A stretch of 64,000 nt of DNA from Octopus bimaculoides (taxonomy: Eukaryota): contig NC_069003.1 in assembly GCF_001194135.2 (NCBI RefSeq), positions 36,562,548 to 36,626,547 on the forward strand, in the 5' to 3' direction. The translations under genes were made by a program, and so were the position numbers. Position 1 is the stretch's first letter; every line of letters starts with the position of its first letter. This document shows positions 11,536 to 26,174 of the stretch, one piece after another. The notes under the pieces are model-generated. The model saw only the letters and a program-made list of their open reading frames with translations, was not told the DNA's origin and made no database searches.

Positions 11536-13521
11536 AAAATGAGGGAGAAATGTTAAGAAGAAGTAGAACTTATGTTGCACAGACGAGACAGAGAATTAGG
11601 GATAAAAACAGAGTGAGAAAAGCGTTGAAACTGAGAATGGAAAGCAGATTAATAAAGATATTTATTATTAGGAATTAATAGGGACATTTTATGGGAAAAA
11701 AATTGTTTGTTTTTAATATGATATTGTCTGGGCGGTATTTTATATGCTATGGTAGTGATTACAGCTTTTAAATGCAGAGAGTAAAGGGGAGCAGAGATGA
11801 AGTAGGTAAGCAGTATTAAGCAAGCCGCAAGACGAGACAAATATTTGTCCCTGCAGTCAGAAACGGATGAAAGAACCAATCAACAATAAACAGAAATATC
11901 TTGAATGCTTTACAACACAAGTTTGATATTTGTTGTTGCTAACATTTTTTGTAAATGAGAACATTTCAACAAGGAGCAGTGAGCAGCAAGAAACATTTCA
12001 GAAGAGCAAGAAACATTTCTGGAACCTCTTGAAAACAAATGACAATTGTTAAAAGAATTTCTCCCTAACCCTTTCAACACCCATTCACTTTCGTTGTTGT
12101 TGTTGTTGTGCATGCACAAACTGTTAGTCACTGGAAGTGAGAAGGCATGGCACGCTGATTGACTTGGAGGTAGAAGAAAAGAAAATTAGCCGATAATGAT
12201 GAAGCCTGTCATCTCTTAGATTTTGTTGTTGTTGTTTTCTTGCAGTAAAATTAATCAATAATGAATAGATTTTTTAAAAAAAGGGAAAAAATATGGAACC
12301 AAAAATCTGTTTCTTGCAGCCATTAAAGTGAAAAGGTGGCCCAAAGCTGAAGAGGGAAACTTTCAAATAAATATTCTACAGCAGCCACATGGAAGATGTC
12401 TTCCATTGTTACTGGAAAGTTATTCTCTCTCCCCTTGACTCCCTATTCTTTCTCTGAGCCCCAATGATGTAGTTTGAGAAGCAGTTATTCCTACTGAACA
12501 AACAAATATGCATGCGTGTGTGTGTGCGTGCACACGTGTGTGTATTATATATGTGTGTATGTCAGAAGCAGTTAGTCTTATTAAAACAAGCAAACAAATA
12601 TATATATAGAGAGGGAAAGGGGTGAGAGGGGGTGGAAGAAAGGGGAGGTAGGTAGAAAGAGAGAGAGATAGAATGTGTGTGTGTGGATGAGTATATATTT
12701 CTGTCCTTGTTCCAAAAGGCAAACTAAATCGTGTATCTTTTGTGTACAGAACTGCTGGGTGATGGAGGAGTCAGACAACAAATTGCTATAGAAGAAACAA
12801 TGTAGATTACACCCTGCAGACAAATGTAAAGTGTTGAAATTCACACACACACACACACACAAACAAACACAACTTCATTTCAGAAAAACTGCTTTCTAAG
12901 CCAGAATTATTCATCTTTATAATTAACATATTTATGTAAATATTGATTTATTTTGGCCCAGACACATATTAACCTTTGCAAATCAGCTGATATAACAGAC
13001 TCTACCCACTTGTATAACTGGTATTTACTTTATTGACATGAACAACCAAAATGTTGTTGACATAGTGTGAACTGATGACAGTGAAGGAATTTAATGCGTC
13101 ATCATTGATCTTGTCTTGATTTCAATGACGAGTGTGTCCCAGTTGTTCAACCAACAGAATCACCTACTCATTGAATCACAGTTTTAAGTGGCTGAGTATT
13201 CCATGGACACTTGTACTCTTAAGGTATCCTCAAGCAGAATCTGTACGTCCAGTTCACAAGTTCACACACACATTCTCTGGACCCATTTCCACTCCCAAAG
13301 CTTAGGGAGAGCTTTTTAACTAAACGTCCAACCTGCATCAATACCTAGGGATTGCACTTAGCCATTTCAGTGACTCCCTCCACATCTCCATACTACAGAA
13401 GTCCTGATTAGGACTGTCCTAGGGTTAAACAAGAGAAACAAAGACAAGAACTGGATCAGAATGAAGAAAGATGGCGGAGAAAGAGACATTGGTGACACTG
13501 TAAGAATGGAACAAGTCTGAC

Positions 13522-13698
13522 ATAGGTATGGCTGTGGGGTTAAGAAGCTCACTTTGTGGCCATATGGTTTTTGGTTCAATCCCACTGCATGGCCCCCCAG
13601 GTGTCTTCTAATATAGCACCAAGTCAACCAATGCCTTTGAATGAATTTGGCAGAGGAAAACTGAAAGAAGTCCATCATGTACATATACACACACACAC
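13522..13698 (+). mobile_element. SINE family A, 5' part
   Basis: ggctgtggggttaagaag...ggttcaatcccactgc...ggaaaactgaaagaagtcc. Confidence 0.75.
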
Positions 13699-14289
13699 GA
13701 TCGTCACCAGGCTATTTTTTTTATTGCATATAATACTCGAGTTGAACCAATTATGGAATAACATTTTGTATTTGGAACTGTGCAAAAATATCTCTTCTCT
13801 CTTACAGAAGACCATTTACTAAATTAATCACTTAACAAAATTCTACTTTGTCTTAATGTTACACTACAATCTATCACTTCTGTGGATGAGATCAGAAAAA
13901 GAAAAGAGAATAATTATGCAATTAATTGGACAATTATAAACATTTATAGCCCATTCTTCGATAATATTCCAAGCTAGACATAGTACACTTCAACAGCCTA
14001 CTCATCTACACATCTGACACTTGAGAAGAATTCTTCATAAACAGAGATATCACACGCTTGAATATTATTCCCAGTGATAGACCACATATTTCAATGACAT
14101 TTCTAGATATCACACACTTCAGTGACTCTCCTAGATAGATTTTATACAGATTAAATGTATGTCTGAGTTGATAGACAGGATCCATTGGATAGATAAATAT
14201 GATATATTTGAAAGCCATTACAGATTGTAATGAAACTGGAGTTGAGTTAGTAAAACCAATTAAATGGCCACAACTGAGAAGCGTCTCAC

Positions 14290-14760
14290 AATGCTGTACC
14301 AAATGCTTCAGTCTCCCATTAGCTTTGGTAGATTCTCAGTTTCATGTGTGTCTCTGTCAATGACAAACAATGGGGTTAAGTGATCATTTGTCCTCTATTA
14401 AGGAGCAGAAATCTTTCCAAAGTAAAATATCTGAAATGGTCAGTTGTCCAGCGCAACAGCAGTGGCCAGCAGAGCTTATGCTGCAGTGAGCACTAATAGT
14501 ACAAGATGGGTGGAATGTGTCCAGAAACATCCTCCTTGTGTTCACAGCATATTTTGAACCCTGATAAGAATCCTGGTGACTGAACCATCAAAGAGATTTT
14601 GAAGCTCTCTCTCTTCATAGTTCAAGTTTCAGTCACTCTCAACACATCCTGCATATGTCCATACACAAGTAACAAAAGTTAATGTGAAAAGGCAAGGTTG
14701 TTGTGTCTAATAACTTTAAACATGGGCAGAAGGCCTCCAGAGATGTTTTAAGAATAGAGT
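14290..14760 (-). mobile_element. Heavily decayed RTE LINE C-terminal fragment
   Basis: Remnants of the ILLYG-ETW / LRRI pattern on the minus strand, with many stops. Confidence 0.45.
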
Positions 14761-17699
14761 ACAACCAATTCTATTGACCCCTGTACTTGACCAGTCATCA
14801 TCATCATGTAACGTCCATTTTCCATGCTGGCATGGGTTGGACAGCTGAAGAGCTACCCTGGCTCCATGTCAGTTTAGGGATGGTTTCTACAACTGGACGC
14901 CCTTCTTAATGCTAGTGCTTGTTTTAAAAGTTTACAATAGCAGGGTTTGAACCAAAATTTAGAGCAGTCATATCTACCCTGTGGCCTGTAGGACTTTCTG
15001 AATGGCATGACTAATGAAAATTCTTTTTAGTGGTGAGTCCCACCTTAATGATGAGCCATGTGCCATGCAGCCCACATCTTGAAAAAGGTTGCCCGTGCCT
15101 GCTCTAGAGGGACATAACAAAATACAGCAACACATTTTGTCTGGCACCTCTGCATGGTTCCATTAACTGCAATATTAAAGAGACAACCACTCACCAAATG
15201 TTTTTCAACAGGTCATGTCTCTAAACTGACACAATGATAACAGCAACAAGAACATTCCTTTCCAGTCTTTTCATTACCAAGACATCCCCTCCTCGCTTTC
15301 CCCATCCACCACACCTCTACACCTCTAGCTTTCATTAACATGAAGTAGCTTTAGGAATTCATGCAAACCCATCTAATATTATTTTAAGAGATTGCTACTT
15401 AACTTCTTTTAAGCATCCCCCCTCCCCCAGCCCTTGAGAAAATTTAATATTTATTGGACTGACTGGAATAGCTTAGCAGGGAATTATCACTTATTTTCAA
15501 ACAACTATTAAGAAACCAGTTTAAGACATCTTGTTTATTTAGACTGAATGGTGTCAGTTCTTTTCCAAATGAAGTGAATAATCTCAGAGCAAAGAATGTC
15601 AGCCCGTGATCCAGTCAAGAAATGAAAAAAAAAAAAAAAAAATCTGTACATTTCCTGTGCCAAAGTGAAAAAAAACCATCTATGACTAAAGTTTTGAATG
15701 AGAACACTGCAGAAATTCTGATCAAATATTTGATTTTATGAGTCCTAAAGAATTCCTGAGATGTTATAACTTTTATGTTTGTTTTACATAAAGAAACGAA
15801 AAAATCCAGTTGGATATTTTGATTATTTTCATAAGAAAAAAATAATTACTAAGAGTTAAATATTTTAAATGATTGTCAAGTTAAATAGCAAATACTGGAG
15901 ATGGCAGAGATGATAAGAAGGAAGAAACCAACTAGCAAGATGTAAAAGACACCTCTTACAACCACCATTGACCCTGTAAAGTTAGCAATACCTCTTACAG
16001 TCACTATTTGGTCTGTCAAGTCAACAACAACACCTTTTACAGTCACTATTCACCATGTGAAGTCAACAAAAACCCCTTCTTACAGTCAGTGTTCATTCAC
16101 CGTTTCAATAAACATATTTCTCAATGAACCAATGAGGGAGCCTTTACACAATCACTTCACTAGCTAGAAATAGCAGCCATATCTCCCTGAAATTATATCC
16201 TAATGGGTAAAAATGAAAAGGATTCATTGAATAATGTGATCTTGAATCCATTGTGGCTAGGAAAAAGACAGAATGGTCATAAATGGAATAGGGTTGATCA
16301 TAGATCTCATTGACCAGGGCTGAAAACAACAGATTGCCTTTCAAGTCCTACCATATCAACTCACACAATTACTACTAAGTATGAAGACTTGTCTGGTCAC
16401 TTCAGTTCCACAAGGAGATCCGTCTGCATGGAGTTCTCTCCATCAGCCTCAGACACACTGTGAAGGAACAACAACACTTGTGACACTCATTTCCTTACAG
16501 ACTCAAAGGACATGTGTAAAATATGGTGGCCCAACAAGGATTTGAAATTAGATTGCAAACTTGTTTCAGTGAGAACTTACCATTCCGCCATTCTACCACC
16601 ATAACCCAATCTGCTTAAAGAGAAGTTATTAACTTTTATACTTTGCCCTAAATTTATGAAGAAATTACTCTTTCCGATTAAATATTTAATTTCTTCACTT
16701 CAGCTGAGAAGATGAACAGAAAATAGTAGTAAGAAATATGAATGAAAGTATTTCAAATATTTTAATAACAAAATATAAATGGAAGCATTTTAACTTTTGA
16801 GAATTAATATTCCTGCCTAAAGATATTAACATAAAACTCACATTAATCTTGTTTAAAATGAATCGTATATGAGTTATTTACTCTATGGCTTTTAACTCTG
16901 TCCCCACTTGAGTAGCAAATTTGAAATTTTTATAGCACCCAAGGTCATCCATAATTATTCCTGATAAATTATTAATCTAAAGAAATGAAATTAATATTGA
17001 ACAAACCTCACTGTCTTATAATATTTCACTGCAGGCAAACAAAGGACATCTAATACACACACACACATACACACAACTGCCACCACCACTGTCGTCCTCA
17101 TTTAACATCCATGTTCCGTTCTGGCATGGATTGGAGGACAGTTTAACAGGATTTGATGTATTCAAAGACTGCATCATGCTCCAGTGTCTACTTTTGCCTG
17201 GTTTCTACAGCTGGATGCCCTTCCTAATGCCAACCACAATCATTGCTCATCAACTGAGAAAGCCATAATTCTTGTTTTATATTTCATGGTTTTTGATGAC
17301 ATTTTTATGGTTGATGCCCTTTCTATAGTCAAGAAACTTATAACATATACTAAATGATCCAAAGAGACTGACTATTAAAATTCCCCATTTCTCTCTCAAT
17401 TTTTAGTCCGTTACTGCCTTCCTCAATAATTCACTTCCATTGTGCCTTATGGAATCCCTCTCTTATTTTCCTCTCTGTTTTTTGACATGACTTTTACAGT
17501 TGAATGCTCCTTAATATTGGCAACCACTTTACAGCATGGTCCTTGTATATTCTGTCATGCCACCAATACTTGGCTGCCTCCTCACTTCTTACATTTTATG
17601 GTTTTATTATTCAGAGCTGTTGCTCCTCTCCTAACTAGATTGCCTTAGCTCTGCCCAACACACCTCTCCTAACCTTTTAATGAAATCTATTAACCTTGG

Positions 17700-17845
17700 G
17701 TTGGTACCTTTTTTACTGACCCCTAAAAGGATGAAATGTAAAGATGACTCCAGTGTGATTTGAACCCTGATCTCAGAGAATCAGAACAAGTAGCATGAGA
17801 TATTCTATCCAATGCTCTACCAATTGTCATTTTGCTGCCTGGACA
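17700..17845 (-). mobile_element. SINE family B
   Basis: Diverged core in reverse. Confidence 0.6.
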
Positions 17846-18094
17846 TATCAGGGTAAATGGAAGTGTTTAAAATGAAAGAATGTTACCAACGGAGAGATAT
17901 CATTTTAATGTGTGATTGGATGTTAAATATTTCTGAAAGTTAATGGTATTACCATAGCAATTATTCAAAACATTAGTGAATAGAACAGCACAGAGGTTTT
18001 GTTTCAATGAAATGTTACTGCTGACAATGTTTCTTTTGTCTCACTCTGCCTTCATTTATGTTTTAGCATTATGTTTGATAGATGTCCTCCTTTC

Positions 18095-18246
18095 ATGTTG
18101 GGTGGGTGGTTGGCTGGTTGGTTGGTTGGTTAGCTGGCTAGCTGGTTTGTTGGTTGGTTGGTTGATAGATAGATAAATAGATAGATGGGGGGGGGGCGTG
18201 GATAGATAATAGAGATTGATAGAGAGATATAGATAGATAGACAGAC

Positions 18247-18288
<42 letters not shown>

Positions 18289-18310
18289 GAGAGGGAAATA
18301 GACAGATAGA
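18095..18310. repeat. (GGTT)n and (GATA)n microsatellites
   Basis: Direct reading. Confidence 0.95.
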
Positions 18311-18566
18311 CACAGAGAATTAATATTTTAAATATGTACACTAATAGCACAATAATTTAGGAGTAATATATACATGCTAAGAAAAAAAAGAAAAAAAAAC
18401 AGAGAAAAGAACACCATTAATATAAATGAATATAACTGAAATGAGTGAAATAATAAATTTCATTAATGTTTGTATCAAAATGTCGACAGCTAAGCAAAAA
18501 GTTTTGTTTGTTTGGATATAGTTTTGACATATTTTTGTTATGGGCTGAAGAGGATTCTGCTGACAA

Positions 18567-18895
18567 TACACACACACACACACACACACAATATATATAT
18601 ATACACACACACACACAATACACACATACACAATATATATATATACACACACACAATACACACATACACAATATATATATGCACACGCACACACAATACG
18701 CACACATACAATATATATATATATACACACATACACACATATATACACACACACATACACACATATATACACACACACATACACACATATATATATACAC
18801 ACAATAAACACACAATATATATACAAACACATACACATACATATACACACACACACACACACAAATATACATACATACAAATATGTATGTGTGTG
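18567..18895. repeat. Compound (CA)/(TA) microsatellite with higher-order period
   Basis: Repeating caatatatatatatacacacacacacaatacacacataca-like units. Confidence 0.9.
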
Positions 18896-20163
18896 TAACG
18901 ACAGGCTATTGTAGTGCTCTAAGCCAGATGTTGACAAATAGAAATCTCAGTGGGGAGAAGTAAGAGTTTAATTTACTACAAAAGGAACTTTCCAGAAGGT
19001 CAAGAAACCAAAATAAAAAACAAAAGAATTGCTGCAAGTAACAACACAACAGAAGAATTATTAAAACATCTGACATATTTCTCCTGGGATTATTATGAAA
19101 ATATTTGGAAACAATTTACTTATCGTAACAAATCCACTGAACTCAACATAATAAATCTCAGTTGTATAATTTAAAGAGGCAACATGGATTGAACTGTGTT
19201 AAAAATTGCCTCCGCAGTTTAAGTAGCTTCATACAGGGAGTCAATTTACGAGAGACACATTATATACAGCTTTTGTATTGTAACAGACATAAAACAACAA
19301 CAACAACCACGACAAATGTTTGTTTCAGTCAGTTGCATGAATAAATTAACATAGATTATCATAAGTTTGCCAGAATGGCTAAACATTCTTTGTCCCCAGT
19401 AACAAGAAGCACACACACACACACACACACTATGCCAGGCAGAAATTCCTGACTTCCAGTTGTTTACACGTTCCTTTATGGGGGGACAGGGACAGTAGAA
19501 ATGTTTAGACATTGACAGCCTAGGAAATAAGGTAGGCTCTGCAAGGATGTCACACTGCCCAGACAAGAGACGGCATTATAACAGACAGGAAGAATTGATT
19601 ATGGCATGCCATTGGTTCAATATTTAATGATTAATGAATTAACAAATAAAAATTATCCATTCCTTGTGCAAAGAATGTGCAAGGAATGTGGATATAATGG
19701 TAGATAATGCAAAGCAACGGAGGAGGTCATTTTAACTCTTGTGTACAAAGAAATAAACTAAAGACTATAAAATTACATAAATGAATGTCACTCTACTACA
19801 ACCTGCTCAATACCAATGCATTTATAACAGACCCCAGCAAATATTTGAGCAATGAGAACAGATAAAAGACATGTAATGCTACGAGAGGAGAAAATAGATA
19901 ATTCTATTTGTAAGAAGGAATATCCATGATACTTGTTTACACAGTAGAAAAACACAGAATACTTCTAATTCCATTCCACTTATATATCCATTCAGTTTTC
20001 TTGCCAGAGAAATTGCAACATATTATTTAGTATCAATATTTCCAAGTTCAGAATCTTCCACTATTTTTAAGGTTTAAGGGATTATAATCCAGATAATGTT
20101 CAGATTTTCTGATGTTTTCTAGCAAATAGTAATACATATAACTGCGTAATTGGACATGGGTTG

Positions 20164-20214
20164 ATACTAAAATCATGGATTAATACTAAAATCATGGATT
20201 AATACTAAAATCAT
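20164..20214. repeat. 19-bp tandem repeat, ~2.7 copies
   Basis: Unit atactaaaatcatggatta. Confidence 0.9.
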
Positions 20215-20862
20215 AAACTGAAAGTATTCTGATTTGTTTATCGGAAACTACTCTGAAATTAATTTGAAGGAAAGAAATTGTGGAGTTTTTGCCATAAGGA
20301 TTTTAAAATTTTGAATAGTCTCAAGATTCAAACATTTTTTTTTTTCAAGAATTACAAGCTGTTTCTTTTGGAATATACAACATATCTGTTGCCAGTCCAA
20401 TCCACTCAACCATTTCTAACTTCTGATATCATTTTTGTTTTTCTGCTCTATAATACTAACATGTCTATATCTATATATATTTATAGATATAAGAAAAGAA
20501 ATGGAGCAACAATTAACAATTAGAAGTTGATCATTGGTATTAAATGGTCATAGTTTATTACAGAGATGTACTTGCATAGCAAGTAACCTGATCTGAGATC
20601 ATGTGCTGAAACAAATGGTCATAGTTTAATTGTAGTTAAAATATCATTTACAGCTGTTTCATGCATGCGTGAAATGTTCATATTTCTGTGTGTGTGTGTG
20701 TCTGAGATGTTCATACTTTCATGTGTGTGTGTGTGTGTGTGTGTGTGAGGTATCTGTACCTATATATATCTGTGTTGCTCTTCAAAAGACACTTTCAGTT
20801 AAAGGGTAATGAGTTAAACTGTGAGCTAAGAGAAGAATGTTTAGTGGAGAGAGGTGGTAGCA

Positions 20863-20901
<39 letters not shown>

Positions 20902-21994
20902 CACACACACAATATGCAGATAGCTGCAGTGATTTGGTGTTAAAGTGGGGAGGTGGGGAGGGCATTAGTTAACAGTGGTGGTGGTAATGGTAAGGAAATA
21001 ACTGGAAGCTTTGTTTGTTTTTTTTTATATATTGAACTAAAATTTATTTATAAAAGATTCTCAGTCGTTTTGTGCTTACACCTTGGTACAAGTAATTGTT
21101 GCTAAATACAGAAGACTGAACCTTTTATATTTTTTGATTTTATAAAATATGGACAAATAATAGATGACGTGAGCTGATAAGAGAAAAAAAGAAAAAAACC
21201 AAGAAGGTAAAGAGTTGAAGGGTGAGACAAGAGCAGAGGAATGAATCACCTGAAAAAGCCTGGGAAAAGCAGTGTAGAGGAAGTGAAAACATGAATGGCA
21301 GAGAAGGTATTAGATATTTACAGCAGATTAGAGAAAAGGAGTTGAAGAAAACAACAATTATTATAGCTTAGTTGTCAACAACTGTGGACTTTCCACACGA
21401 CCAGCGAGTTTTTATAGAAATGGTGGTGAGAAAATTTGTTCAGGGATTTTACAGCTGAATGTTTTACTAATCTCTAGAATAGATGAGCATACATTTAACA
21501 TTACTAATTCTTTTATCCTTTTACATGTTTCACTCATAAGACTGTTGCCATGCTGGAGTTTTGCCTTGAAGGGTGTTTGTTTAACAAGTATTTCTAAGAA
21601 ACTTTTTAGATTTTTTGTCAATATTTTAGTTAGCAGAAGTACATGCGCCACACCAGAATAGCAGATATTCTCACAAAAAACACAACTCTTAACATCTGAA
21701 AAGAAACAGTCCTGACAATAAAAGTCAATAGGTTTTTAATGATTTCCTTTTCCTTTTTCTTGTTTTCAAAGGTAGTCTTCATCTATTTTCCCAGATAAAG
21801 TTTGGATCAACCAAAGCCTTTGGTAGAAGACACCCAATATACTGCACAGTGGGATGTGAGATTAACCCTTTTCATGTCAATCCACCTGAGATTATCTCTG
21901 CCTCATTGATAAATACTTCCACCTTTAACCCATCAGCATTTGGATTATTCTGTCAATGCAATGCTTATTCATACAAATGCATCATCGCTTTGGT

Positions 21995-22200
21995 GGTGGC
22001 AAGCAGGTAGAATTGTTAGCATGCTTAACAGTATTTTGTCCATCTTCACAATCTGAATTCAAGTTCTGCAGAGGTCGACTTTTCCCTTCACCCTTTGTTG
22101 GGGGGGGTCAATGAAATAAGTACCAGTTATGCACTGGGGTCGATATTATCAACTAGCCCCTCCCCAAAAATTTCAGGCCTCGTGATTTTAGTAGAAAGGA
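21995..22200 (+). mobile_element. SINE family B
   Basis: gaggtcgactttcccttcaccc...aaataagtaccagttatgcactggggtcgat. Confidence 0.8.
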
Positions 22201-24064
22201 TTATCTTACAGCTTAGAGATTTCAATGGTGTGAATATTTACTTCTAGAATGACATTGTAGGGTAGGTGTAAGAGGTTAGATCTAGTCAGTTTGTATGTAA
22301 AACAGGTGGAATATTTTTGGCTGGATAAAGCCGATTTAGATGCTAAAGGGGTAAAGTAATCTAAAAAGTTTCCATTAAAATTCCATGCTAATTTATTAGC
22401 ATGGAACTTAATGATGATGATGTCATTTCACTAAATTCTTCGTTACTTTTTAAAATTAATTGAAGCAAAGGCAGAGTAGTTCAGCAGAAATATGGTAACA
22501 AAAGAGTTAACATGAATTCTAATGACTGTAAAGTGAACTTTTTAACCATTCAACCAGGCCTGTAGTTGGAAAGGTCAGCTACAACATCAAATAAAACATA
22601 CTTAATGCCATAGCCAATGGAAATAGAGTATTGCATAAACAAGTTCAAATAACAACATAAACAAGCCACCAACTCCATGATAATAATCCCTAAACAAAAT
22701 CAAGAAAATCAGCAGACATTTTATATCCACCTTAAATTACAAAACAAGCCACAAATCTCTGTTTCCTATAATTACTAGCCACCACCACTGCCACCATTGT
22801 TACCATTCCCATCAGGACACCCACTAAAATAACTTCATACAACACACCCATCTACCAACAAGTAAGCACAAGTATCATATACTACGCAATTATCTAAAGA
22901 AAGAAAGAAAGAAAGAAGACAGAAGCACACAATGTTAACACATATCTACCTTGCACTTATATCACAATACCACAACAGTTTCTTCAAAAATACAAGGAAA
23001 AATTTAACAACAACGAAATCACAAGCTACAGACTCAACAATTTCTTCCAAATTCACTGAAAACCTACAAAAGAATCCAGAGAGTCACATCTACCACAAAC
23101 ATCCAATCGGTTGTATGTTAACACTGCTGAATCACAAAGACACTAGAAATGAACAAAAATAATTACAGTTCTGTAACGAAACAGAATCACAATTAGCCAG
23201 AATCTCAAAGGCTGTACGTTTGTCTTTGTACGTTATCAATATCAAAGGTTACCAAAGGATCTGCAATTTATCAAAGGCTAAATCAATACTTCAACAAGCC
23301 AAACATCCCTCTTTCTGACACTCAAGATGGCTTCTCACTCCTACATTTAACTACCAAACTGCTTACTAATGTCTGGAGGTCAAACTCGTTTATTCAGTCA
23401 GAGATAACCTTTGGAACAACAACAGCAACAACAACAAAATAATCATCAGAATTGTTGCAAATGGACTAACTCTAAATTGCCAGCCAAAGGCTTCAAATTT
23501 CAGCACAAGGCCTGTAATTTTAGGAGGAAGGTGGGATAGGTTTGATTATATTGACTCCACTGCTCAATTGGTATTTTGTTTTATCAAACAACGATGGAAG
23601 TTGACTTTTTACTGAGATGTTTTCAGTGATTATAGGAAGTCAATTATTTATTCTCGTAAACAGTTTATTTAAAAGTAACCATAGCAATCTATTAAAATAG
23701 TCTTAAAAAGAGTTAATAAAATTGTAAAATGAAAGCAGAGCTTCAAAAACAGACGACAGGCTTGTTAGAAAACATGGGGAATATTTAAAGACGGAAATAA
23801 TAAAAGATACTTTGTTTAGATGAGTTGATGAGGATGAAATTAGTTTTGAAATGTTTTTTTCACATGCCTCAAATCATTCCCTTCCCAAGAGGAAATAAAA
23901 TAGTTTAATGACCTTTTCAACATACAATTATTTAAATTTGACCGCCTGTTTGTTCATTTTACATCCACTTCCTATAATCACTGAAAACATGTTACAAAGT
24001 TTTTCAAAGTGAAAAAAATAAAATTTCTTGAGCAAATTTTAAAATTAGAGAAGTTGTTACTTAC

Positions 24065-24241
24065 CAGCAAATGCTTGTAAAAGAATTGCCAATAATTTCA
24101 GGAATCTAATAATGCATCTGTTTGTTTTGGATTTACCCAAATACCAAAGCCAAACCACTAATGTAATCACAGAAGCACCTCCAAGACAAGATCCTAAAAT
24201 TTCCAGTGTGTACGCATAAGGTAACCATTCTAGGGGATAAT
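24065..24241 (-). CDS. Internal exon (TM2, intracellular loop, start of TM3) of claudin-like gene
   Basis: Acceptor ccttcttttttctttttcag and donor GCTG|GTAAGT; 177 nt, phase 1/1, open: (D)YPLEWLPYAYTLEILGSCLGGASVITLVVWLWYLGKSKTNRCIIRFLKLLAILLQAFA(G). Joins in frame to both flanking exons. Confidence 0.88.
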
Positions 24242-25129
24242 CTGAAAAAGAAAAAAGAAGGAGTCTATAAGAATGGTTGCTGAAGAAAAAGAAATTTCAA
24301 AACAACAGAAAATAATTCCAACTTCTGAAAATAAAACATTAATTCTTTTGGTAACATATCTCTGTTGAAATATGCTGACTTTGTTTCAATTAAGTTTAAA
24401 GATAATGATGAATTTGTCGTTATTAAGCTGATGTATGGGACATAAATTAGCGTGAAAATTTGGTGAAAGGTTTTAATTTAAAATCCAAGAACCTTGTTTG
24501 TATCAAAGAACTATGGATAGTGCGAGATGGATTGGTATGAAAACGGTTAACAAATATAACTTCAGAGTTATAGCAAAATATTTTGGACCCTTATTTCAAA
24601 TGCTGGCTATTCATAGCAATACTTTTTGCTATGAAATATATTCCTGAAAGGATACTGGTAATGGTGATGAGAAATCTGGTTAAAATCCAGCCCACAGGAA
24701 ATGATTCTCAGTATATTTATAGTTACCAACACACATATATATATTACACTAAGGTATTACCTGGCACATGATGAGTAACTTCTACCACCAGAGGGAATAT
24801 CAGGAAACATACCATACATACAATAATTATAATTTAACATTAATCAACTTTTTTAGTGCTTATACAAAATAATGAAATAAATACTAATCCCTGTACTCAG
24901 ATGTGAAAATCTCTGTAAATACCAAACAGGATTTTGTCAGGGATTAATGACATCAGTAAACAACTGACCATTTCTGTCCCCTGATAAACACATCAAGAAC
25001 ATGTTTATTAGTATCTGGGCTGACCGTTGAAGATGCAGCAAACAACCTAACCATTTTTGGGAGAAACAGCATATTCGAATATCATTACTGATTTTGTCAT
25101 TGGAACTTTTTCTGTGACAGAACCATTGA

Positions 25130-25172
<43 letters not shown>

Positions 25173-25182
25173 NNNNNNNNNN

Positions 25183-25226
<44 letters not shown>

Positions 25227-25284
25227 AGAGAAGGAAAGAGAGAGAGAGAGAGCCAAATGAACAAGAGATAACAGTGGGTTCAAA

Positions 25285-25480
25285 TTTTGGCATAGGCCAG
25301 CAATTTTTAGGGAGAGGGGACAAGTCGACTACATCAGCCCCAATGCTCAACTGGCACTTATTTCATTGAACCTGAAAGGATGAAAAGCAAAGCTGATTTT
25401 GATGGGATTTGAACCCAGAATGTAAAGAGCCGTAAGAACGGCTGCTAAGCGTTCTGACGTGTTAACATTTCTGCCAACTT
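25285..25480 (-). mobile_element. SINE family B
   Basis: Core and head in reverse. Confidence 0.75.
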
Positions 25481-26174
25481 CCCACCTTTGAACGGGAGAT
25501 AACAGTTTGATAAGAACAGAACACTTAACCCACATCATGGATATTAAAATGGCCAGCAAAGGAGATAGATCAACTCTTTTTACAAGTGGGCAATGGTTGT
25601 AACAGGAAGTCACAAAATACAGTTCTGAGGTGAATGCAAATAGGTTCCACTAGTTCTAATTAGAAGACTAAAGCAGGAAATTAGTGAAGTCGAGTTGTCA
25701 CTAACAGACACAAGTGATGAGAGTTAAGTGTGTTGGCACCTTTAAGATTGCTAAACAAGAAACTCAACATAAATATTATTTTCTAAAAAGAGAAATATGA
25801 ATATGTTGGCTGTCAAATTTTCTTAATATTTGTAGAACAGAAGTTTGACCAAACAATTAAAATAATAATATTAATCAATGACTAATATATTTTTTTCTTA
25901 TCATAGCATTTTTTTTCCTTAATTTTTTGGATGTCACTCAGCCATTAAATATGTTAACACTAATTTAAACTTTCTGCTTCATTTTTTTTTTCACGAGGGT
26001 GCTATTTAAGAAAAAATTATTTTCTGAAATTTTCAACTGTTCTGTGCAGTGTACCACTAAGTCAACTTTGTGACAACTGTGCCAGAAAATATGTGACATT
26101 TGTGCCATTAACTACGTGACAGTTGTGTCAATATGTGGCAGTACATAATGATTATTAAACTCAACTAAAGTAGC

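Noticed and set aside
11910-12160. Minus-strand acceptor ttttcttttcttctacctccaag with a 73-aa ORF
   Set aside because: The ORF includes an (AAC)n tract and a local duplication, and no donor or family motif supports it.
18377-18937. Long ORFs rich in CV/YI/HT (also near 9.0-9.4, 25.1, 31.4, 45.4, 50.1, 53.0 and 54.5 kb)
   Set aside because: They are translations of di- and trinucleotide microsatellites, which lack stops in several frames.
24761-24820. Phase-1 donor CAG|GTAATA with short frame MVCFLIFPLVVEVTHHVP as an alternative first exon
   Set aside because: An in-frame stop lies just upstream, there is no acceptor or promoter evidence, and it is too short to supply TM1 plus the loop.
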